From: Leucoraja ocellata
Lineage: Eukaryota
Reading direction: 5' to 3'
Assembly (NCBI GenBank): GCA_036785375.1
Contig: JAWMAR010000063.1
Location: forward strand, 8,680,001-8,744,000
DNA: 64,000 nucleotides
Positions 54,078 through 64,000 of this stretch are shown here, one piece after another; the first letter of the stretch is position 1; the number at the start of each line of letters is the position of its first letter. Both the position numbers and the translations under genes were made by a program. The notes under the pieces were generated by a model. That model did not search any database. It saw nothing but the letters and a program-made list of their open reading frames with translations, and was not told the origin of the DNA.

Positions 54078-54305
54078 CATAAGTTCATAAGTGATAGGAG
54101 CAGTATTAGGCCATTCATCCTATCAAGTCTATGCCGCCATTCAATCATGGCTGATCTATCTCTCCATCCTAACCCCATTCTCCTTCCTTCTCCCCACAAC
54201 CCCTGACCCCCATATTAATCACGAATCTATCAATCTCAACCTTACAAAAATATCCAATGATTTGGCTTCCACAGCCTTCTGTGGCAAATATTTCCACAGA
54301 TTTGC
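54078..54305 (-). mobile_element. CR1 3' end (related copy at 55800-55965)
   Basis: Reads NLWKYLPQKAVEAKSLDIF. Confidence 0.85.
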
Positions 54306-55144
54306 TGGGACCTGGTCATGTGAGTACAGAGGATGGTGCTGGTTACAGTACAGAAGTCGCGTGGCCCTTGAAGATTGGGGAAGCCTATCATGGCGTTCAG
54401 AGCAAATGACCACTTCAGTTATTATGGTGACACAAGTAGCTCACGAGGTGAATATGATTGCTGCAATAATTACAGTCGAGTGCAGGGTGGTAATGTCCTT
54501 AAAACCATCAAAACACAAAATAGTCTCAGATGAAAATTGAATACTGCTATAATTGCCCTTGGATCCTGAAAAGGCCTGATAAATCTCAGAACAGATGCAT
54601 CAAGCTATCTTTGATTATTAGCAATATAATGTTGTGAACGGATGGTATTGAAACTTTTGGGCTAAATATTGCCCAGAATAAAGCCCATAATAATGTTGCT
54701 GGTGGTTGCAGAGAACTATGTAGTTTGACCAACATTAAATATTGCATACAGAGGCATTGAATCAATAGGGAATGAGTCCGTATTTGAGCACAATGCAACT
54801 GTTCATGTAGTTTGTGGATTGTTTTAAAGATTCATACAGTGGTATGATTGGACACACAGCCCAAAACCAAATCCACCAAGAAGCCAAGTCCACATTTTGG
54901 TGGCCCAGATCCATGATATATTCTGATGGACAGTAGTTACAAAGGTGAAACAGCACAGATTGTGTTTAAAATTCATTGTGTTATCTGGATAACCCCCCAC
55001 ACAAGGAACTAACCTGAGAAAGTAGACATACAAGGTACAATTGGTCCTGACAATATTTCTTAGTGTAATGTAGTAATATTACAGGGATCTTTACTGGCTG
55101 TGTAATAAGAATGAAAAATTGATCGTAACAAGCATCAAGCAGCA

Positions 55145-55286
55145 TCTACGATAGACACAAAATATTGCCGTGAAACGCCTAGCTTGACACAAAATGCTGA
55201 CTCAGCAGGAAATGCAGCATCTCTGGATAGAAGCATTTTGTGTCTATCTTCGGTGTAAACCAGCATCTGCCGTTCGTTCCTACACA
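55145..55286. mobile_element. PLE fold-back fragment
   Basis: gatagacacaaaat / attttgtgtctatc arms; flanking catcaagca repeat. Confidence 0.7.
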
Positions 55287-56104
55287 TCAAGCATCACCTC
55301 TTGAAAATCTTCAAATCAGTGCTTAAGTTGCAATGTTGTGAAATAAAGTAATTGGAGCACAAGATGATATATTTGGGTGTCCAGTTGGATGTAGATAGGC
55401 TAAGACAAGAGCAGGGAAATTTGCCACCTACTTTAATGTGAGGAAGCAAAATAACATTTCAAAACGTAATTTGTTTTTTCTGAATATCTTTCAATGCAGC
55501 ATGTGATTTTTGTCAGATCTTCTACACCTTAATGCTTGTTCATAATCATTTTGGAGAGAAGAGCCATGGAACTGAAAACCATAGATGCAACAGTGCCTTA
55601 TTATGTATTTATTTTGATTTCAAAATGAGCATTGAGGCACTTGTGAAATGCATCTAATTCCAGGACCAGTACATGCATTGTGCATGTGACGATTGTGGCA
55701 TGAACTGACAATCAATCACACAATAATGTCCAGGGAGCATGAATTTGTGCCCACCCAAACCCTCGTTACTGTGGAAAAGCCAAGCACAAATTGGATGATT
55801 CATAAGTACATGAGTGATAGGAGCAGATTTAGGCCATTCAGCCCATCAAGTCAACTCCGCCATTCAACCACGGCTGATCTATCACTCTCTCCTAACCCCA
55901 TTTTCCTGCCTTCTCCCCATAACCCCTGATCCCCGTACTAATCAAGAATCTATCTATCTCTGCTTGGCGGAGCACTCTGTTCAGTCCAAAAAGAAGACCC
56001 TGAACTTCCATATGTTTCCACGTTAGTGCCTTGTATTGATTATAATTCTCCATCTTACTCTTATTCTGGCCTGGCTTTCTTTGGCTACACCGTTCCAATA
56101 AAGT

Positions 56105-56188
56105 AAACTTGAGGAACAGCACCTCAACTTCCGATTACCAACACTGTAGCAATTGAGGTCTGATATGAAATTCAACCTTTTCAGATGA
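56105..56188 (+). mobile_element. Degenerate PLE GIY-YIG C-terminus
   Basis: Reads KLEEQHLNFRLPTL*QLRSDMKFNLFR*, similar to 10737-10817. Confidence 0.7.
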
Positions 56189-56749
56189 CTTGTTTTTCCT
56201 TGTTTATGCCAGAAATGGGTACGTTTCCTGAGGATTATCCACCTGCAGCATATGGGTTCACTTTTTCTATGCTGTTGTTCACATTTCTTTCTTAAACTGT
56301 GGTAAATAATGAGGAAGAGTGAGGGAGACACAGGTGCCTGATGCGGTTAAATGTGGGGAAAGGTGAAACAGTCTATTTAAGGGAGGAAAATGATGGGAAC
56401 TGTACTGTGCGATCAATGAAGAAACTACATGATCAACAGAATAGAAAATAAGACAGCCTCAGGGTGCAGATACATAAAACTTCAACAGAGGGAGTGCATG
56501 CAAAACATGACATGAATACAAATGCAAACCTGAGTATTATGTTGGGGTCACTGGAGATATTGTTTATGTACAACCCACATTAACTGGGCCACATTGTGTG
56601 TACAATTGTGGCTGATAGAAAGATATTGAGGCAGATTTCAATTGCTAATGCCAGTAGTATGAAACAGAATCACCATTGTTTAGCAGTAAGTCCTATACAT
56701 TTGCCATGCATTGCTAAACACACAGTTATCAACTAGGCTTAAATATTAC

Positions 56750-57390
56750 CTGGACAAACCACATTAAAGCTATGACCAAAAAAAACACACCATTGCCTCT
56801 ACTTCCTCAGGGGACTTAGGGAATTCAGCGTGTCTCCGACGACTTTTATCCACTTCTACCGATGCACCTTAGAAAGCACACTGTCTGATCGTATCACAGC
56901 CTGGTTTGAGAACAGCTCTGTCCATCACAAAGACCAGATTCCCCGCCACTCATTGACTCCATCTGCACTGCATGCAGCCTCATGAAAACAGCCATCACAA
57001 TCAAGGTCCTTTTCTACCCTAGTCACTCCTTCCTCTCTCTGCTCGCATCAAGAAAAAGATGCAGTAGCTTAAAAGGATGTACCACCAGACTTGGGAGCAG
57101 CTCTTCTCCTCTGGCTTCAGGCTTCTGAACAATCCTTCCATAAGCTCGGATACAGTCCCAATTTTCCAACATAACTCCTGCGGACATTGGACTTTCTCTC
57201 TGGAACTCTCATGCTACAATACTGGGATTCTATATTCTGCACTGTGATGTTTTTTATCTTTACTCTACCTGTTCTACTTGTGTATGACTAGATTGTATTC
57301 ATGTATAATATTATCAGATTTGATCAGATAGCATGCAAACAAAAGCTTTACATTGCATTTTGGTGCACATGACAAATAAACCAATGCCAT
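56750..57390 (+). mobile_element. Rex1/Babar-type LINE 3' fragment
   Basis: Reads LYFLRGLREFSV...FYRCTLESTL...ITAWFENSS; tail cacatgacaaataaa. Confidence 0.82.
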
Positions 57391-57604
57391 ACCATACCAA
57401 ATGATCAATGTTCAATCTATCTGCTCACTTTCCTGCTAGACTGCGTCACAAAATCCAATGGTGGAACCCAGTCTCACTCAGATTACCAGCTTCACTGTAC
57501 TGTCACCTAGATCCCGCAGCAGGTCACATTTGGTCAGACCCCGTTGACTTTGGTGGGAGTTTGGGACGTGGATTAGAAGTCAAAGGAGAAGTTATTGGTT
57601 GACA

Positions 57605-58190
57605 CACTGGTGCTGCTGATAGAACTGCCACCTCACACTGCTCCAGTAAAACAGGTTCAATGCTAACTTTAGACTTGATAGATACAGCACAAAAACAGGC
57701 TCACTGAGTGCATGCCAACCGGCAATCACCCCGTACACTAACAATTTACAATTTTACCAAAGACAATTAACCTACAAACCTGTATGTCTTTGGAGTGTGG
57801 GAGGAAACCAGTGCTACAAACCCTGTACAGGCAGCACCCATAGTCAAGATCGAACCCGGGTCTCTGGTGCTGTAAGGCAGTAACTTTACCGCTGTGTCAC
57901 CGTGCTGCCCTTCCAATGCTATTCATGTGGAGTTTACACATTCTCTCTGTGACTGCATGGATTTCCTCTGGGTACTCTGATTTCCTTTCTCGTCTAACAT
58001 GAGGGTTAGCAGTATAATTGGCCACATTCAATTGCCTCTAATGTGTAGGTGAGTGGTAGATTCCAGGGGGAGTAGAAGGGACTGCAAGGAGAATAAAATG
58101 AGATTAGTATACGATTAGTGCAAATGGGTATTGAGTTGATGACATGGACTCACTGGGCCAAAGGACCAGTTCCCCCCTGCTCTGTGACGA
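57605..58190. mobile_element. SINE (+) containing a nested SINE (-, ~57675-57910)
   Basis: Head at 57605-57670, reverse copy, body resumes ~57915. Confidence 0.7.
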
Positions 58191-59019
58191 TGACTGGGAC
58201 TATAATCTACCATTATAAAATTCCTTTGTAATCTTTTTAATACTGTATTTTTAGATAAATTCATTGTTATATACCAGTTAGAACCATTGCATAATCCTTG
58301 ATTTTCTTTTATGTCTTATTTCAATTTTAACAGTTTCACAATGTCTCTGGAATCATTATAGCTTTTGCAGCCAACAAGGCCAGTGAAGGCATTTTATATC
58401 CAGGATATCATTAGGGGGTCAGGCTTTGCTATTAATGTTGTTTACAGATGGGGCTGTGTTTTTGGGACTATCTTTGGGGCGGAGATTCGTTCCAGGGTGT
58501 TTTTTATGGGGTGTGGTGTTTTTGTTGCAATTTCTTGCATTTTTGTGGCTGTGTGGAGTATCGGTTATATAGTGCACCATGATATGATTGCAGGTTGTGG
58601 CGTGGCAAAGGATTCAGTGGCCTAAAAGTTAGTTGGTTCAGCATTTATTTCAAAGATACAATTTGTTTGACCTACCACACTCTACATGCAGTATGGGCTC
58701 ACATTCAATATCAAAAGTCATTCACCTGCTGTAATGGACTGGGGAGGTGGGGAGGTGGTGAGGCATAAGTTGAAAATGCATTGTACATGGATTGGAATAG
58801 TCAATTATGGTTGCCGTTGTCACAACATGTGATAAACATTCTCAGCACCAATCCATGCTTGGAGTTAGAAAGAACTCTTCAGCAACTTACATTTATAGAT
58901 CTTATAGATCATACCCACAGCATAGTGTTGGTTGCTGGCTTGAATCTTCATGCGTCTATCTAACTAACAGAAGCTTATGTGTCCTTTTTTTCAAATTCCA
59001 AGAAAAAACCTTGACTGAT

Positions 59020-59372
59020 GCTGCAGAAAAGGATTTTAGAGGAATAGATCGCGTACATGCACAGTCTCTTGCCCAGAGTAGGGGAATCAACAACCAGAGG
59101 ACATGGGTTTAAGGGGAGGAAAGATTTAATAGGAATCTGAGGGGTAACTTTATGACACATAAGATGGTGGGTGTATGGAACGAGCTGCCGGAGGAGGTAG
59201 TTGAGGTAGGTACTATCACAACGTTTAAGAAGCACTTGGACAGGTACATGGATAGGACAGGTTTAGAGGGATATGGACCAAATGCAGGCAGGTGGGGCTA
59301 GTGTAGATGGGGCATGTTGGTCGGCGTGGGCAGGTTGGGCCGAAGGGCCTGTTTCCAAGCTGTGTGATTCTA
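59020..59372 (+). mobile_element. CR1 3' end
   Basis: Reads FNRNLRGNF...VGVWNELPEEVVE...FKKHLDRYM. Confidence 0.9.
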
Positions 59373-59569
59373 GGAATCTAGTACGTGTTCATCGAAGATC
59401 GGATAATTTGTGGAAGTATGAAATGGGACAGGATTCATTCCAAAAAAGTGCAAACAAACATTCAGAACTATGGAGCTGCACAATACCAGACTAGAAATAT
59501 TGGATAGCAAACAGTGGTGATGCATGACACAAAGGTAGAACAAGGAAAGTTCAGGGAAGGTTTGATCTC

Positions 59570-59935
59570 GTTTAGCTTAGAGATACAGGACGAAAACAGG
59601 CTCTTTGGCCCAACGAGTCAACGTCCATCGATCATCCGTTCACACTTGTTCAATGTTATCTCACTATCGCATCCACTCATCCACTATCGGCAGCAGGGTG
59701 ACCAGCAGAGCTACTGTGCTACCCCAAGGTGATAGTAGTATATTGTAGTAATATACAGAGGCCAATTAACCTACAAAAACATGCTCATGTTTGGGGTGTG
59801 GGAAGATGCCAGAACACCCAGAGGTGGCCATGTGGTCATAGGGAGAACTTGCAAACTCCATGCAGACAGCACCTGAGGTCTTGGCTCTGGGATTTTGAGG
59901 CAGCAACTCCACCAGCTGTATCACCGTGCTGCCCT
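59570..59935 (-). mobile_element. HE1-like SINE
   Basis: tttagcttagagatacag tail; gccaattaacctacaaa body. Confidence 0.75.
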
Positions 59936-59989
59936 AAGGTGACAGAGATGTTGCGTTAAGTTGCAGGAGAACAGGCAAATGAGAGTGGG

Positions 59990-60505
59990 AAGGCAACAAA
60001 AACAATCACTTGCCTGGAAGCCACCTTGGACCCAGCTGGGAGATATTCTTTGAACCCAAAGAATCAAGAGACCAATTATTTCATTGTAGTTGCTCAGAAA
60101 GATGTCATATGGAGTAGTACTATACGCCACATGGGACTGGTGCGCATTGTGAAGATTTCTTCAAAGCAAACACTCACTTCAGCTACACAACTTGTAGATG
60201 AATACGCTGATGTCTTCCATGGAGTAGGGCAAAATGATCCATAAAGATAACTGGAGTTGACGGGGAGGAAACAGGCCCACTGCCGTCACACAAGCACCAA
60301 GGGACTGTTGCTGCCATGAGCTGGAGAAACAGCGAGGATGAGGCTCATGTCAGATGAACAACAAACGTGGCACAAGGCAGTGGTGACAAAAGGCACATCA
60401 CATTCCAGATCAGATGACGTTAGCCACATCGTAACAGGCAAAGGACCAGATGTGGAAAGGCAGTCAGTCAACCAAGGAATCTGGCCAAACATGTAGCAAA
60501 GTGAC
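59990..60505 (+). mobile_element. Gypsy-like pol remnants (internally deleted)
   Basis: MGLVRIV...QLVDEYADVFHGVG; MRLMSDEQQTWHKAVV...SRS; TRCGKAVSQP resembling TRSGRxVxxP. Confidence 0.55.
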
Positions 60506-60536
60506 AACGTGCATGCGTTGACAACATCCTTGATAT

Positions 60537-60858
60537 AAAAGATAAGGGCGGCATGGCGGCGCAGTGGTAGAATTGCTGCCTTACAGCTCCAGGGACCTGA
60601 GTTTGATCCTGACTACGGGTACTGTCTGTACGCAGTTTGTACGTTTGTACGTGTCCTGCGTTGGTTTTCTCGGGAGCTCTGTTTTCCTCCCAAGGTGTAC
60701 AGGTTTGCAGGCTAATTGGCTTGGTTAAAATTGTACATTGTCCCTTGTGTGTGTAGGACAGTGTTAGTATGCGGGGAGCGCTGGTCGGTGTGGACTCTTG
60801 TGTGCCGAAGGGCCTGTTCCCACATTGTATCTCTAAACTAAACTAATGAGTCATACAG
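60537..60858 (+). mobile_element. Full-length HE1-like SINE, 18-bp TSD
   Basis: A-box-like TGGCGGCGCAGTGG, B-box-like GTTTGATCC; TGACAACATCCTTGATAT at 60519-60536 and 60859-60876. Confidence 0.92.
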
Positions 60859-61312
60859 TGACAACATCCTTGATATTTTGTTATTTTTATTTTATGTTTT
60901 ACTGCTGCTCCGGTTTCATCCTACATTCCAAAGATATGGAACTAGTGTACGGGTGATCGTTGGTCAGCGCAGACTCGGTTGAGAGAACTGTTTCCACATT
61001 GTATCTCTAATGTAAACTAAGGAGACAAGGCACTTCTCTGTGCAGCCACCAAGACCACTCTCCTGGGGAGGAAGAGAGTAGGAAGGGGGTGTGACAGATT
61101 AGTGCAAGAACACAAGAACACAACACATTGGTAGACTGTGTCAATACTGTTTCGCAAACCCAAAGGACTATTATGATTATATTACAATTCCCAAATCTGT
61201 GCTCTTTCATTGACATCTCCTCATGTAATGGCAGTTTCTACCTCCTGCAATGATAAACTCCTGCCCAGAATTGTGTATGAACTTCCCCTACACTAGTCGT
61301 GGAAGGTATACT

Positions 61313-61790
61313 TAGAAACATAGAAAATAGGTGCAGGAGGTGGCCATTCGGCCTTTCGAGCCAGCACCGCCATTCATTGTAATCATGGCTGATCGTCTCC
61401 TGTCAATAACCCATGCCTGCCTTCTCCCCATATCCCTTGATTCCACTAGCCCCTAGAGCTCTACCTAACTCTCTCTTAAATCCATCCAGTTGACAAACAA
61501 TGTGAGATGCTTGGAGATTGTAACTATGTTGGCCCAATTATAGAGAGGGGAAAGATTTAATAGGAACCTGAGGGGTAACCTTTTTACACAAAGGGTGGTG
61601 GGTGCGTGGAATGAGCTGCCGGAGGAGATAGTTGAGGCAGGTACTATCGCGATGTTTTCATGGATGGGGCAGGTTTAGAGGGGTATGGGTCAAATGCATG
61701 CCGGTGGGACTTGTGTAGATTGGACATATTGGTTGGCATGGGTAAGTTGGGCCAAAGGGTCTGTTTCCACACTGTTTAACACTTTGACTA
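61313..61790. mobile_element. Two CR1 3' fragments (- 61313-61490; + 61540-61790)
   Basis: Same 3'UTR motifs as the other CR1 copies. Confidence 0.85.
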
Positions 61791-63314
61791 ATAGGTTTGT
61801 AAATAGTTGGCAAGCCATGAGGTACGGAAAGAGAGGAGTCACACCAGTGAGTCTGAACAAAGTGGGAAGGGATAGAAGTGTGGCAGAGTTCCCAAAGAAG
61901 TGTCAAGTAAAAATGGAAGCCAAGTATTGTAGTGGCTGGAGTCCAAGGAGATGTGGCCAAAGAGTAATGGAGTGAGTAATGGAGAAACATTGCAGTTACG
62001 TCACAGGCTTAACATGGCCTGAGAGCTGATCTGCTTGTTGGTGGCACATAGGTCCTGGGAATGGCTTCAGGCAGGAAAGGATCTCCCTTCTCCTGACCAC
62101 TGCTTGTAGTGGGACTGTAAATTTTGCACTGAATAACCTGAATATGCTCATTAGAGCTCCTCAATCAGGACAGTTTCTCCTGATTTACAGCCAGCATGTA
62201 TTTCCTCTTAAGAGACCCTGTTGCTTCTTCGTAAACTCAGAGTGACTGTGCTTTCTAGGCTACTAATGTACCCACCCCCACATCCCCAATACCACAAATA
62301 ATCCTGTAGGTTTTTGAGTGCAATTATAGGTCAAGGCTAAAATATCTGAATCGATTTTTCTTTTGGCTTATGTAAAAGAGTGAATGAATAAGAATTGGAT
62401 CTTTAATTTATCTAAATGCTATTTTAGAATAATTGTTATTGCATATTTCAAATAGATTGAATATGCAACTGACATAGGGCAGATTCATGGCCCTATGCCC
62501 TGAAGGAACAACAGATTGATTATGCAAGTCGTGGCTCAGTTGTGCATGAGACCCATGATCTGGAATTCCATGTTGAAACCATCAAATGAGCTGTAGAGGG
62601 CAGGCCAGTAGGCTGGATGAAGATGCAACTGGAGTTTGACTTGGAAGTGACTACGTGTTTAGTCTGCTTCTTAGTCTCTCGAAGTGACTGATTGAGTCAT
62701 ACATTCTGACAGTTTACAATCAGCAAGCTCATGAATAGCAGCCAGACATGTGGAACGTGGCTCCTGATCAACAGAAGTAATTGTGACCAAGAATGAGTAA
62801 TAATAAAAAGCAGCCCCATGAGGAACATATTGATCACTTTCTAAAAATCATCTTGCACGATAGCATTGTCAATGTACTTCCAATGGACTTGTAGGGTCTC
62901 ATAGCAAGACAAGCATAATCCACACCAATATTTTTAAATAAACCAAGATAAATGCCTTTTCTTGTATAAATAGTAAGCTAATGAAAACTATTAATCAAAA
63001 CTGACCAATACTCTTAACAGTGATAGTCTTCACGTTGTAAATTGGTCTGTGAGCTGATCTTCCTGCATTTACCTCTTCTTGTTAAGGGCACATACGCCCC
63101 TGGAATGTTGGTACAGGTGGGAATACTCGTGATGCTACACACCATTCAATGAGCAGGTGGGTCGATTTCTAGATGTAAATATCCAAAGACTCATTACTTT
63201 GGGTGTGAAGTGTACAGTTTTTATAATTAATTGAGAAATGAGGAAATCAAATTTTAATGCAGAGATCCTGCAAGCCCATTTAACGGTGGAAGGGAGTACC
63301 CAACAATTAAGGGG

Positions 63315-63500
63315 AAACAAGGAACTGCAGGTGTTGGTGTGACAAAAAAAGACAAAAAGTGCTGGAGTAATTCAGCTGGTCATGCAGCAACGCTGAAGAA
63401 CATGGATAGGCAATGTTTCGGCTCAGGATCCTTCTTTGAACTGAAGAAGGACACCCGAAACATCACCTTATCCATTTTCTCCAGAGATGCTGCCTGACTC
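63315..63500. mobile_element. PLE inverted pair
   Basis: gtttcggctcaggatccttctt followed by ctgaagaaggacacccgaaacatcacc. Confidence 0.82.
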
Positions 63501-64000
63501 AATTGTACAAAGGACTCTGTAGTGCAGCAATGTTGACGGCAGGCACTCTGACTTAGTCTCTCTCACTGACCTATCTGGAAGGTCAACAAAGTTGTTGGTC
63601 TCAAGAATTACACAGAGAAAAAGCATGGTGGTAATTATAAAATGAATGCTCATTTTGAATGTAAGTGGAGGAAGGATTTTAAACCAATACAGAGAAATAC
63701 TGTATGCACAAAGATTAGGATATTATATGTGAAAGAGACAAATTAGAATGATTTCCTTATACATGCCTTTATGGGAAATGGAATGTATTGCAACAAGGAA
63801 TTTCTATAATTGGAATGTTATATTTCCTACTTCATTTGTGTCTAAAAAATAAAATGTGAGTAAAGCAGGAGCTCTCAATTTGAAAGTGGCCCAACTGCAG
63901 ATTGAATAATATAATTTAAAATTATATTTCAAAGGAATATGGAAACTATGGAAATGAGTTTAGTTTAGTTTAGAAATACAGAACGGAAACGGGCCCTTCG

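Noticed and set aside
60546-60615. tRNA gene
   Set aside because: The A/B boxes belong to a SINE head; no full cloverleaf, and it continues into the SINE body.
6651-64000. RUNX3 P1 exon (MASNS...) and its tandem AACCACA 5'UTR
   Set aside because: Not found by eye on the minus strand; candidates such as MAAYQ (13631) and MASLL (~37810) do not match. A miss is possible.

Overview
This is AT-rich vertebrate genomic DNA. Its repeat content (HE1/V-type and Deu-domain SINEs, CR1, Rex/Babar, Penelope) points to a cartilaginous fish, probably a skate or ray (inference). The only host gene is a minus-strand RUNX gene, best matching RUNX3: the proximal-promoter (P2) first coding exon at 5675-5406 and the 157-nt Runt-domain exon at 3860-3704. 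Later exons lie left of the window. I did not find the distal P1 exon, so 5.7-64 kb is probably the P1-P2 intron or upstream region. The gene start sits in a ~9-kb CpG-retaining domain; the rest is CpG-poor and dense with transposon relics. The most notable signal is a Penelope-like family with 15 or more copies, many carrying a minimal hammerhead-ribozyme-like core (CTGAAGA-stem-GAAAC-GTC). One copy is joined to a GIY-YIG C-terminus inside a 10-bp TSD, many are fold-back pairs, and one is a 40-nt tandem trimer. Also present are a solo LTR with a RUNX site beside its TATA box, a HERO-type endonuclease fragment, a Harbinger-like MITE doublet, a Gypsy remnant and candidate enhancers. Most ORFs in the track are spurious or TE-derived. 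All calls were made by eye; repeat boundaries are approximate unless a TSD is given.
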